From Balanoglossus misakiensis (lineage: Eukaryota > Animalia > Hemichordata): DNA of 64,000 nt. Below are positions 37,844-50,816 of the stretch, one piece after another. The position numbers and the translations under genes were made by a program. The stretch is taken from NCBI GenBank assembly GCA_040954595.2, contig CM082590.2, positions 7,192,001-7,256,000 on the forward strand, read 5' to 3'. Position 1 is the first letter of the stretch. Each line of letters begins with the position of its first letter. A model generated the notes under the pieces. It did not search any database and was not told the DNA's origin. It was given only the letters and a program-made list of their open reading frames with translations.

Positions 37844-38924
37844 GCAATAAATGATACGAACGGCATGTCTCATTTCGAAGTTCTTCCATCTTTGTTTAGT
37901 GGAAGTCAATACATCCTTTGATAAGGGCAGTCTGTTGTACACGATGTTGACTGTATAGATCGGAAACTTCACAGTTGTAGAGAAAACTCGTGAATATTTT
38001 CGCGACACATATTGTCTTGTATTTTCCTGAAACATTTATACAAAGTTCCTGACGAAATTTCAAGGTCATTGACCTCGGTTGACCTTTCAAGATATAGAAA
38101 TGAGAAAACATGTGGCTTCTTTTCTATGAAAGTGTACTTTTTATTATTTTTGTATTATCATAAAAGCTCTATGTAGGTGTACGCTGATTGAAATACAGTA
38201 TTGTGATGTTTATTCAAGAGTTTATATTCATATTTCAGCATGAGTGGTAAAAATCAAAACACTCTATTGTTAAAAAAAATCTCCATAACAATAAACTTGA
38301 TTCATTATAGCGTTTGTTGCAGTTGTCTGATATTTAAGGGGCACGACCACCTAAAATTTACATATTTCCATTTATGGCAAAATTGGCGTATCTGTAGTTA
38401 CAATGGCAAATTGAGATCCAGCCAATCACAGATTTTCAGTGAGTGGCCCACGAGAAAAAAGAGCGCCTCCATCTGTTCTTTGGAACGCCCAAATTCTTTA
38501 CTATCAATCACGTGATCTGGCAATGTTCCCCATGGCGCAGTCATTTCCAGATGACGGGCAAGCAATATTTCGGCATCCAGTAAAAGTTTTTCCGAGTATG
38601 TTTTTACTTTAGAACCGCCAAACACGTAACATGTATCAGGTATGGTATCTCATCAGCCTCGTTGCATTTCATCTGCACAGTCTTTGTCTGCACCACGTAA
38701 GTCCACGTTGCTGAAGTTGCCCGTCATCTGGAAATTTGAATGCGCACGTAACTGCCGCCTGAGCGCGTCTGACGTCATTTGATAGCGAAGAATACCCCAT
38801 TTCGGCTATATTTGGGCGCGTGTAAATTGCTCGCTGAACAGTCTCTGTGCTTCTTTATTTTTCGAGTTACCCCCACCTGTCTTATCAGCTGCTAATCCAG
38901 AATACAAACTATCGAAATTTCCAT

Positions 38925-39628
38925 TAAAGAGACAAAGTCTCTCGCTGCCCTTTCCATGAATTATGTTTGATACAAGACACGTACCGTTTATGTTATTCTA
39001 CATGTCGATATATAGTAAATTAATGTTCAACCACACACAACTTCCATCCCGTTTGTAGGATATGAGAGTGAAAATCTCACCAAAATGAATAATCGGTGTT
39101 TAACATTTATTCATTTTGGCGAGATTTTTATTCTCATATCCTACAAACGGAATGAAAGTTGTGTGTGGTTGAACGTTGATTCACTATCCACATGTAGAAT
39201 AACATAAACGGTGTCTTGTATCAAATATAAGTAATGGAAAAAAAGGGCAGCGAGAGAGAGACTTTGTCCTGGGAGGTGTGTGTGGTTGAACGTTGATTCA
39301 CTATCCACATGTAGAATAACATAAACGGTGTCTTGTATCAAATATAAGTAATGGAAAAAAGGGCAGCGAGAGAGAGACTTTGTCCTGGGAGGTGTGTGTG
39401 GTTGAACGTTGATTCACTATATATCCACATGTAGAATAACATAAATGGTGTCTTGTATCAAACATAATTAATGGAAAAAGGGCAGCGAGAGAGAGACTTT
39501 GTCCTGGGAGGTGTGTGTGGTTGAACGTTGATTCACTATATATCCACATGTAGAATAACATAAACGGTGTCTTGTATCAAACACAATTAATGGGAAAGGG
39601 GCAGCGAGAGAGAGACTTTGTCCCTTTA
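38925..39628. mobile_element. Kolobok-like MITE family 1 copy with its right end tandemly amplified (~118-bp units)
   Basis: The block gtgtgtggttgaacgttgattc...gagagactttgtcc occurs four times, joined by tgggag. The array is bounded by ttaaagagacaaag and gtccctttaa. Confidence 0.8.
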
Positions 39629-40533
39629 AGCACCTGCTAGTAAATAGTAAATATTGAATGCCTCGGAATATTCCGCCATTTCGAAGAATGAGTGAATATA
39701 GAACAACGGGGTGCATGCATGCCGTTTCGTTGCAATCAAGTAATGGAGAGCGCCCTCAGCGTCACTGTTGAGAAACCAAGATGGCAGCCTCCAACAAGTT
39801 CCCAACGGCTTTGTAAGCGAACTCTTATTTTGGGGGTCTTTGTGGGGTCATTTACGTGTTTGATGGTCGTGTTTGGGTCGTTCGGGTTCCTTTTGGCTCG
39901 TTTCATAATGTAGCAATGCCCAGCTAAAGTATCGTTCAGACGTCCCAGCTAGTATTCTAAAGTAGTCTTTGTAATATTCAGTCATGGCGGAGAGAACACA
40001 CTTTATTACCAAGTGTACTGCGCATGCGTATGGATGACATCATGCACATAAACAACATCCCATTGTGTTACAGTCTTTGCGGGGAGAATGAGAATTTTTT
40101 TACTGCCAAAAGTAGACCATAAGGGACTAATCGTGAGGAGAATGTAAAACATATTCCACAGACTTATGTTGAATTCTTCGAGGCAATCTTGACATGTTCA
40201 CATATGACCCACGGCATTCTCTCATTTCCAAGGGTCCGGCAAACAACATGGCGGCTACCAGTAAAATGTCAGAATAAGTTTATACTTTAGACTCGCCAGA
40301 CACGTGACATGTATCTGGCATGACGCCTCATCAGCGCCCTCAGCGGCATGGCGTTTCATCTGCACATCTGCACAGTCATCCTCGCACCGCGTTGCAAAGC
40401 ACTGGAAATTTGACCACGTGACTGCGTCTGACGTCATTTGATACCACGGGATAGTATAGTGACTGGTTATTCTGTGTACAAGGCCGTCAATCAGCTTGGG
40501 AACCATCGAAAGGCGTGTTGCAGTTCGTATTAT

Positions 40534-43379
40534 TCAGCGATAGACACATGTCTCCGAGACAAGCTTTATGACGTCAGAGCGATTAAAGTCTTGGAAGATT
40601 TCAAATTCCCGAGGCATGATATTTTTTGAGGTGACATTGTACCTCACATCCTCGTAGTAGTGATGATTCAACTTGCGCCCTCTCGAGTCCTCAGAAAAGG
40701 GCCAAAATCCATAGAGAGTCAGTTTCTCGCAGAAAAGTGTCGACATTGTAAATAGTACAAATCCCTCGCTGCTGTTGGCTTTGTTCCATATACTGAAAAA
40801 TAACAAGTGTAATTTTACGTTGATTATGTAGTTTACGACCATTTATGTTTATTCCCCCTCCCCAAATTATTGTTTAACGCTTTAAAGGGACAAATTCATA
40901 CATGGCTTTGTCTCTTTAATCACCAAGATTCAGTCGTTTGGGCAGATCTAACGTATTTAACAAATGATTGGTGGTTGGCTAGTTTGTCCGTTTGTCTGTC
41001 TGTCTGTTTGGCTGTTAGTTTGTTTATGAAAGAGAAAGCACGTACCTCCTGATAGGTCTCGGCCATATTGGTACCGGAGAGTATGCAACTCTGAAATCCA
41101 TAGCTTTCAATCCAAACTTCGTCTGTCTGAGCACATTTTGCATCATCAGTTTTGATTCGTTCAGTTTACCGTTCCATCCTGACAACGTATATGGAAACCA
41201 AACAGTTGCGTTGTGTAAGTTGGCCAGCCTCTCCAAGATATCTGACAAATCCTGACCTTTCTTTCCTTCAGACTTTCTTGTGGAATTTTCTTCCGGATTC
41301 AAAGCTTCATACAAGTAGATGCTCACAATTTGGTTGATCGCTTGTAAGTCAGTTTTCTTTCCAACGTCCTTTTCAAATCCAATTAATTTAGGTAAATTTA
41401 CTCTCATCACAAAATCATGACTGTCTATCTCACGTCCACAGTCGCTGTCTTTGAGAATACCACCGTTTCCCACCAATGCGCATGACTTCTGTTGTTTCAG
41501 GGTGGAGAATAGGATATCATAGAGTATCCGGGCGCTACTAGAAAGAGGGGCATCCGGTTCTGTGGCATCCTGGGGGAATCCTTTATTGAGAACTAAATCC
41601 AAGGCCGCATTGGAGCGAAATATTGCAAACGAGTTTTCCAGTGTGACCTTTTTTGAGATAATGTTCCTGCACGAAAAACAAGACCGAGGCAAGTGTGATG
41701 AAATGAAAAAAGAATACATTTCATCAAAAAAAAAATGATAATAGCTAGTTAATTTCCAAAAACGATTAATAACACAATATTACATTCAGTCTGACCTATC
41801 TTTTGTTAAAACACCTTTTTAATTATGAACAGTACACTCAACATGATATCTTTTCGCTTTTTTTTGCAGTTGATATAAAACCAATTTATTAAATTATTTA
41901 GGACTCTGACGAATTTGGCTGGTACCCTGCCTCGGTGACAAACACCAACGAGGCTAGTCTCGGTTACCCAGAGCCCTCTGCTTCTTCCGTTAGGCACTCC
42001 AGAAAGAGGGTCTGGGGAAACCCGGTAGACATATCGCCAGGCGGAATCGGGACAGCTGCGATGCATGACGGGAGATTAATATTCCAAAATGGCGACGTCC
42101 TGCGCGCGAACCCACGGCCGACATGTATGACATACGATAAAGAAAACATGCTGAGAAGTGCTAGACCTGCTAAAACTGTATACAAATTGAAAAGAGAGAG
42201 AGAAGTTTGGTAAATAGTTTTCTAATATCGTCATATCATAATATCGTATCGAATATTAATCTCCCGTCATGCATCGCAGCTGTCCCGATTCCGCCTGGCG
42301 ATTTGTCTACCGGGTTTCCCCAGACCCTCTTTCTGGAGTGCCTAACGGAAGAAGCAGAGGGCTCTGGGTAACCGAGACTACAAAGAGGCAGGTAAACACA
42401 AACCGCCATATTTAGAATTGTGGAATCTGATTGGCTAAAAAATGAACGTTCAATAACTTCCGGGCTAGATTCAATCTGTCGCGTTTCTTGACATTCATTT
42501 GTACTCTTCCCGAATGTCATATTTTTAAAAAACCAACAGTTTATGATGGAAGTTATACTAAAATCAATTCAACTACTAACACAAATGTACGTAAGTTTTA
42601 CAACAGACATGCGCATTAGCCCACTTCCGGAGTGTCAAAAAACTAACATATTACAAAATGGCGGTCGGCCTTTATCTGCGTCTATCTTCGTGACGCGTTA
42701 TTTTGCCTAGTGACGTGAGACGCAGTGTTCAGCGAACTGACGAATACGGGAACTTACCTTAGCTCGACCAAGCTCGTCGCATTCCTTGGGTCTTCTGGTA
42801 GATGTTCCACCTTCAAAAGATGTTGGGTTCTATTTGCTTCAGGTGAGCTATCGAGAAGATATGGTTCATTCCAGATCATTTGCATGCTAATTTATGTAAA
42901 TAATGTGTATGGTGACCCCCCCTACCCACACACACATATTAAAGGGACAAAGTCTCTCTCTCGCTGCCCCTTTTCCATTAATTTTATTTGATACGAGACA
43001 CCGCTTATGTTATGTTATATATTTGCGCCAAAGAATTTTTTATTTATCTGGTTAAAACTTGCATATGCAATCATACCCGGAATTAATAGTACTGGTGCAT
43101 ACATCTGTATACGCTAATAGTAGTATAGTTTGGAAAGTAATTTCATGATAATTTCTCAAAAGTTGCAGCTGTAATCAAAGGGCTTTGTAAAATTATTTTA
43201 TTGCAATACACAGATTTAAACACTCACCTTCTTGGAGTCTGAGCTTGTAGGTACCTATTTCTCTTGGGTCTCAACTCTGTTAGGTTTAGTTGGCCTATGT
43301 ACTCCATAACTACAAAAATAACAACCATTATGGCCACCAGTGAAACCATAACATTCTGGGCAGACGTTAGCCCCTTCAT
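40534..43379 (-). CDS. ST8SIA: ST8Sia-like GT29 protein, paralogue C
   Basis: Exons 43379-43228, 42847-42758, 41666-41046 and 40792-40534. Same sialylmotifs; VS-like NIMPREF. Confidence 0.88.
41955..42380. mobile_element. AcademH-like MITE (TAGTCTCGGTTACCCAG family)
   Basis: TIRs match those at 28025. The flanks caacgaggc and caaagaggc form a 9-bp TSD with one mismatch. Confidence 0.85.
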
Positions 43380-45530
43380 ATCCAAACCGTCAGGATTGGT
43401 GCAGATGTAATTCCTGAAAACAGAAACATTTTCTTCGAGAATGAAAATATATATGGCGCTCAGCAAACGCTAGATTTGTTTTCAACAACAAAAGACAAGA
43501 TGTTTAGCCCTACTTTCGACTCAGAGATTTTCAGATCATAGACTTTTATCCATCTGTTTGTCCATCTATCAACACGTGGGATAAGCGACTAAAAGGATAA
43601 ATTCTCTGTGTTCAAGTCACAAAAGTGTGACCGTGGTATTATATATAGATACCTAATGTGAAGATGGTGAGCCCTACAGACTATTGTAGTACACTATTGA
43701 TCAGATAAGACTTTAAGACGTAAGACGTAGCCGCAAATTTACATATCTGTTGTTTTGGCTAACCGACCGTAATAAAAACTATGCAAATCTACCATGGAGA
43801 TCTGACCTTCCCATTTGCTTATTTAACAATCCATTTTGAGACTTCGTCAGCATAAAAACACCTCGTTTTAATAACACATGGTTAATTTTGGATATCTCAT
43901 TTCCCTGTCTATTTTAATATCCGTCCGAAGCAGAGCTATATGTAGTTGGAAATATCTTGGATTTCGTTAACTAGTGTAGTTCCTTATTCACTGTTAAAAA
44001 TTGAACAGTTGAGTTACACAGTGATGTAAATACGGTCGATACCTCGATGTTGACAACTGAAAAAACATTAGACAAATCTTAGACCACAACACATGTGAAA
44101 CGATAAACAACTTTTGTTAATTCTCGTTTGCATTTACTTACCTGCTATATGTCGACTTGCTTCGTTTTTACTTGTGTGGTCGTGTCCCCTCTCGTGAATA
44201 CGTGCACTGCAAATGGCAACTAGGGAATGTTTTGCGGGTTGGTTGGTTTTTGGGGAGGGATGTTGTCCTACAAACACGCACTGAGTTAGTAGTTGGTAGG
44301 CCGTTGGTACAGACATGGAGGTACTAAAGAGACACTGTACATCGTGTGAAGTCCTACAGGTACTAGGTAGGCCTGTTGGTCGAGTGTTCAGTAGACCCAG
44401 AGTGTGGTGTGAGGGAACACCGTGATATTCAGGGAAGAACCTGTTGATATCTGAGGGGGGGGGGGGGTCGGGGTTTTAAGTACAATGTCATTTAAATGCG
44501 GTTGTTTTCAGCCTCTGTTACAGCAAATTTATTTGCGAATGCCAGCCCTCCTTTTTCCTCAAGGTACTGCAGAAGCAATATGTTTTCCTCGGCACCACTG
44601 CCAACAAACATTCCCCCTCCAAGAATACTCCTCCCCCCCCAAAATTAAATGGTTCTCCCCTTATGCCCGTTTCCCCCCCCCCCACTCTGACCACCTCATA
44701 AACCCAATCAACGCCTATTGTTATTTCAGTTATACCAGTCTAACGTGAGATTAATTACGCAACAGGCACAATTAAGGTTTATAACGTCCCTTTTTGTTGT
44801 ATTCGGTTGATTAAATGACCTCATATGCATTTTCTCTCCTTTTGAAGACTTCAGTATTTACATAAGTGGGGCACAGTCTTAGCTGCAAAGATTTTGTTCA
44901 CAGTACTACCTACAGTAGTGTACCTGGTTGTGTTCGAACAACAACGTCGACCTGGGAGCCCCCGGTACATACAATCACAGTCCCTCAAATAAAGTGCCTC
45001 TTTCTTGAGGGACTGTGATACAATACACGGTCAACTCGAATTTACATACGCCCAAATATGGCCGAAATAGCGTATTTGAGTGTGGTGGCGCTCTTTTTTT
45101 CGCGTGAGCCACTCACTGAAAATCTGTGATTGGTTTGATCTAAATCTGAAATATTATTATAAACTCTTGAATAGACATTCAAATACTGTATTTCAATCAG
45201 CGTACACCATAGAGCTTTTATGATAATACAAAAATAATAAAAAGTACACTTTCATAGAAAAGAAGCCACATATTTTCTAATTTCTATATCTTGAAAGGTC
45301 AACCGAGGTCAATGACCTTGAAAATTCGTCAAGAACTTTGGATAAATGTTTCAGGAAAATACAAGTCAATATGTGTCGCGGAAATATTCACGAGTTTTCT
45401 CTACAACTGTGAAGTTTCCGATCTATACAGTCAACATCGTCTACAACAGACTGTCCTTATCAAAGGATGTATTGACTTCCACTAAACAAAGATGGAAGAA
45501 CTTCGAAATGAGACTTGCCGTTCGTATCAT

Positions 45531-47255
45531 TTAGTGCCTAGCACATTTCTCCGAGACAAGCCTTATGACGTCAGAGCGATTAAAGTCTTGAAAAATTTGA
45601 AATTCCCGAGGCATGGTGTTTTTTACGGTAACATTGTATCTCACATCCTCGTAGTAGTGATGATTCAACTTGCGCCCTCTCGAGTCCTCAGAAAAGGGCC
45701 AAAATCCATAGAGAGTCAGTTTCTCGCAGAAAAGTGTCGACATTGTAAAAAGTATAAAACCCTCGCTGCTTCTATTGTTCCATAACCTGAAAAATATAAG
45801 GTGTAGAGTTACGGTGTTAAAGTACATTTCGACCATTTAGTCTTTTCGTCATCAAATTATTATTTAAAAATTCCCTGTTTAGAAATTCATAATGAACAAA
45901 TGAACGAATGAATGGATGAATGAATGAACGAATAAACAAACGAACGAATGAATAAATGAATAGGTGGATGGATAATAGCATGAATGGACGAACGAACGAA
46001 CGATTGAATGAATGGATGAATGAATGAATTAATTGATGGATGGATGGATGGATGAAAGAATGAATGAATGAATCATCTCACCTTCTCATTGTTCCCGGCC
46101 ATATAGGCACCGGAGAGTATGCAACGCTGTAGTCCATAGCTTTCAATCCAAACTTCGTCTGTCTGAGCACATTTTGCATCATCAGTTTTGATTCGTTCAG
46201 TTTGCCGTTCCATCCTGACAACGTATATGGAAACCAAACAGTTGCGTTGTGTAAGTTGGCCAGCCTCTCCAAAATATCTGACAAATCCTGACCTTTCTTT
46301 CTTTTGGATTTTTCTTCTGGATTCAAAGCTTCATACAAGTAGATGCTCACAAATTGGTTGATCGCTTGTAAGTCAGTTTTCTTTCCAACATCCTTTTCAA
46401 ATCCAATTAATTTAGGTAAATTTACTCTCATCACAAAATCATGACTGTCTATCTCACGTCCACAGTCGCTGTCTTTGAGAATACCACCGTTTCCCACCAA
46501 TGCGCATGACTTCTGTTGTTTCAGGGTGGAGAATAGGATATCATAGAGTATCCGGGCGCTACTAGAAAGAGGGGCACCCGGTTCTGTGGCATCCTGGGGG
46601 AATCCTTTATTGAGAACTAAATCCAAGGCCGCGTTGGAGCGAAATATTGCAACAGTATTTTCCAGGGTTATCCTTTTGGAGATGATGTTCCTGTAAAGAA
46701 AATGTGAATGAGACAAGTGTGATGAAATGCAAAACGATAAAAAGTTTACTCTGTTACCTTCTGGCCTCGTTTTCACGTGTCGTCTGCTTGTACATGACGC
46801 TATGTTTGGAAGGGCGCCCTCTTTATAAATAAAAAATATACGAGCATGGAACTTTACCTCAGCTCTGACAAGCTCGTCGCATTCCTTGGATCTTCTGGTA
46901 GATGTTTCACCTTCAAAAGATGTTGGGTACTGTTTGGTTCTGGTGCAGAGCTAATGAGATTGGAAGATGTGATTCTTTGTAATTTATTTGTGTTACCCCG
47001 GCAACCATTCCATCGAGATAGTACACAAAGCAGCACTTGCTTGAAGAGCTCAGAATACACCATTTCGGCCATTTATAACTTTAATGAGTAAGGTAGTTGG
47101 TCTATAAGTTGAAAAACCCACCTTCTTGGACTCTGTGCTTGGAGATACGTACTTCTCATAGTCAGCTGGCCTTTGTACTCAATTAATATCAAAATAACAA
47201 CCATAATGGCCACCAATAAAACCATAACCTTCTGCACAATACTCAGCCCCTTCAT
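45531..47255 (-). CDS. ST8SIA: ST8Sia-like GT29 protein, paralogue D
   Basis: Exons 47255-47122, 46950-46858, 46690-46082 and 45786-45531. Same sialylmotifs; VS-like NTMPREF. Confidence 0.88.
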
Positions 47256-47387
47256 ATCCAAACGCACAGAATTGGTGCATTTGCAACTACGTCGATGTTT
47301 AGGACTGAAAATAAGAACATTTTCTTCGAGAATGAAAACATACGGCGCTCACCAAACGCTAGATGTTTTTGCAGCAATAAAAACCCA

Positions 47388-47548
47388 TAGACTCTCTCAC
47401 AGCCCACGGTTCGCTTCAGTAAGGCTCTTCACCGAGGCGCCCTCAACCGTTTGGCAAGGGAGAGAGTCTATGGGTTTTTATTGCGGACCGGCACACATGC
47501 AATCAGTCCATAAGCCTGCATGGACGACGAGAGGGGCTGTGAGAGTCT
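47388..47548. mobile_element. Rearranged copy of the 7584-7757 MITE
   Basis: Shares tagactctctcacagcccacggttc... and ...gaggggctgtgagagtct with the 7584 copy. The centre is replaced by an inverted copy of its own left junction. Confidence 0.8.
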
Positions 47549-48688
47549 GCAACAAAACCCAAATCTTAGACTGGCTGTCCATCCTTCCTTCCATCAACAG
47601 TTGACTTCTTCTCAAAAACCGTTCGTCATCATACATCTTAACTTAAACATTGGGTAATGATACAGGTCCCTGAAGGTGATTTTATTCAGATGTATTCAAA
47701 TTCTGCAGTAATAACGGGAAAATTTTCCTTATTTTTAAATCTTCGAAAATCTTCACAGAATTCCGCTTGCTTTGTATACAGTCACCGTTTAGTCTGCATC
47801 ATACGTATTTGACATGACATTTTTTCACGGACACCCCGCCCTTTCTAAAAATATCTCGTTCTAAGCAAAAGCTGGTTAGAGGCGATTATATAACCTTGTG
47901 TTATCGACTGTGTTTACTTATTGACAGTAGAGATAAATAATTGCGTATTTGAGTGTTCTAAAGAACATATGGTGGCGCTCTTTTTTTCGCGTGTGCCATC
48001 CACTGAAAATCCGTGATTGGCGAGATATCAAGTTTACCATGGTAACTGTAGCTAAATTTCCATAGGTGACCGTATACCTTTAATCACAGAAACATGATGA
48101 AGATGAAGCTTAGATCATAGTATATTTCAGAACCAGTACTGTACATTCTTATTTTGATCTGCTTACCATAATATGACCACTTGCTCCGTTATAACATGTG
48201 TTGTCCTGTCCCATCACGAATGCACGTAGACTGAAAATCGAAACAGGCGAGGTTTGCAGATTGGTTGGTTTTGGCAGCGCTGTTTAACCTACAAACACGA
48301 CGCGCACTCAGAAATGGCGGTTGTGCAGACAATGATTTGCATCTAGGGTTGAACGTGGGCCCGGTTGGCGTACACGACAGTCGATCTAATACAAGTTACA
48401 TACTGTAGTAGGAAATGTCGGTAAAACACCAATTGTTCTAACGTTCCGAAGACTGGTACAGTTTAAAACAGCGCGCACCGATTTCTGAAATGACGTGACA
48501 TATACAACGCGCGCAACAACATATAGAACGCGCGCGTGATTTAATAGCGTCCCCTTTGCTCACAGTGGCCCCTCGCGTCATGATATCCGAGACGCGCTGT
48601 CTGACGAACGCGCTTGATGACGCACGACCTTCCGCGAGACCCCAGCATACTAACGAATTTAGTCTTATGAATTTCAGTCTCACTTTAA

Positions 48689-48882
48689 AGGTATACGGTC
48701 ACCTATAGAAAATTAGCTATAGTTACCATGGCAAATTGAGATCTAGCCAATCACAGATTTTCAGTGGGTGGCACACGCGAAAAAAGAGCGCCACCATATG
48801 TTCTTTAGAACACTCAGATACGCCATTTCAGCCATATATGGGCGTATGCATGTACACTACAATTATAGGTGACTGTATACCT
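48689..48882. mobile_element. Kolobok-like MITE family 2 (TTAA TSD, AGGTATACGGTCACC termini)
   Basis: Structure ttaa-aggtatacggtcacc...ggtgactgtatacct-ttaa. Relatives are at ~24290-24485, 25375-25458, 33460-33640, 38335-38490, 45030-45140 and 47945-48083. Confidence 0.8.
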
Positions 48883-49027
48883 TTAAGCACTGTGGCTTAG
48901 ATGAGCTCATAAATGGTTGTCTGCATGACATAATTGCGTCTATATTGATAATTAATATTTTTCCTTTTGGTTTGTAAGATCAGAATGATCTATATCACAG
49001 TTGCGCCTATTCTGCCATTCAGATATA

Positions 49028-50816
49028 CAGACCCGCCAATAAGTATTTACGCACCTTGAAAATGTACGTTTGACATGAAAAATTATTCACAAAATCGATC
49101 GACTGTAACTTATTTCCGAAAATAAATAACCTACGGAAGGTTTAACCCATTTTAGTCAACACAGATGTGTTGCCGCGCCGAATTTGACTGTATACGCGGC
49201 GAGTTTTCCGGCCAGTGAAAATTCCTATGGTTATTGCAATGGCGGTATACTCATTAACATATCATTTGCATCTCATTAACTTTTCGCGCCATTGTTTCCG
49301 TGGCTAATTTCCCTCTATTCATATTTAAATCTCCACCAATCAGAGCTTTTAAATATAATTACGATTACATTTGGGGGCGGGAAAATCTGCCAGACTTGCT
49401 TATGAATATTCTGATCGAGGTCGTCGGAGGTTGCTGCATAATTTTTGTTTGTAAACATTGGATCAATGAAACCATGCCCAAAGTTCGCGAACTTCCTGAA
49501 TTTGTGAAAGGTCAAATTGAGGCACTGCATAGGCAAGGTTTGAGAAACCGAGAAATCGCAAGGCAGCTTGGAATCACCGAAGGCAGAGTCAGGTACAACA
49601 TTCGGAAACTTGTTCAAAATGGTAGCATGGACAATTTACACTGATCTGGACGGCCAAGGCGAACAACGGAACGGGAAGACCGAATGTTGATTAGATCAAG
49701 CCTGACGGACAGGTTTAAGACGGCCCGTGACCTCCGCGCTAAGTTTCATGAGGACACCGGGAAACTTTTGAGTATGAGCACAATCAAATCCCGATTGTAT
49801 AGAGGAGCCAGACTCCGTGGATGTGTGGCCAAGAAAAAGCCGAAATTACAACCCAGGCACATCGCAGCGCGACTACGTTACGCCTGGCGTTACGTCAACT
49901 GGACACCTGTTCAGTGGTCCCGGGTTGTTTGGTCAGACGAGTCTAAGTTCACCGTGTATAGGAGCTGGGGGAGAGTTTTCGTTAGACGGCGACCCGGCGA
50001 GGAGTACGAAATTGACTGTATCAGTCCCACAGTGAAGTTTGGTGGTGGTAGTGTTATGGTTTGGGGGTGTTTCTCGGCTGCAGGGGTTGGTTCGCTCGTT
50101 CGAGTCGAGAACACCATAAATCGCTGGAAGTACCTAGACATTCTACAAAACGAAATGCTACCATCGGCTTTGAGACTCGTCGGGCCCGATTTTGTGTTCC
50201 AGCAGGATAATGCCCCTGTACATACTGCCTTGGCTGTGAAATCATTTCTACAAAATCCCCAGGATTACGGCTATCCGTTTGACAATTTTACATCGTTGGA
50301 GTGACCAGCCTAGTCTCCTGATTTGAGCCCCATCGAGAACCTGTGGGAGTTAATCGACTTGGACGTTCATTCCCGTCCAATTCACAGCATCGACGACCTG
50401 TTTGACCGCATTGTAACATCTTGGGAACAATTCCAGCAAAATATGTGTCGGAAACTCGTCGACACTATGCCCAAGCGCCTGCGAGAGGTCGTCAGGAGAA
50501 GGGGTGGACATACCCATTATTGACAGTTGTTACGTTCGATTTCACCTCATGAATATTCATGACGTTCTTTGCATTGTTGTTCCCATAGAGAATGGAACGT
50601 TTCGCCGACTCCGTTGCATATCTATATTTACGTCAATATTTCTCGCTCAAATTTAATCGCACATGAAAGATTTTCGCTGTACAACTGTTGTTTCTCGTGA
50701 ATTCATTAAATATTTTTGAATTTTCGCTAAAAACTGTCTGCAAGGTGTGTTATTTCATGTTTCTGAAACGTTTTGACTGCAGAACGTGGGTGCGTAAATA
50801 CTTATTGGCGGGTCTG
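49028..50816 (+). mobile_element. Full-length Tc1-family DNA transposon
   Basis: 28-bp TIR cagacccgccaataagtatttacgcacc at both ends; TA TSD at 49026-49027 and 50817-50818; contains a transposase reading frame. Confidence 0.95.
49474..50523 (+). pseudogene. Tc1 transposase with three in-frame nonsense codons
   Basis: A single frame gives an HTH N-terminus, SGRPR, WSDES, KFGGGSVMVWGCF, FQQDNAPVH, SPDLSPIENLW and GGHTHY. Stops fall at 49642-49644, 50302-50304 and 50311-50313, at positions where R, W and Q are expected. Confidence 0.92.
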
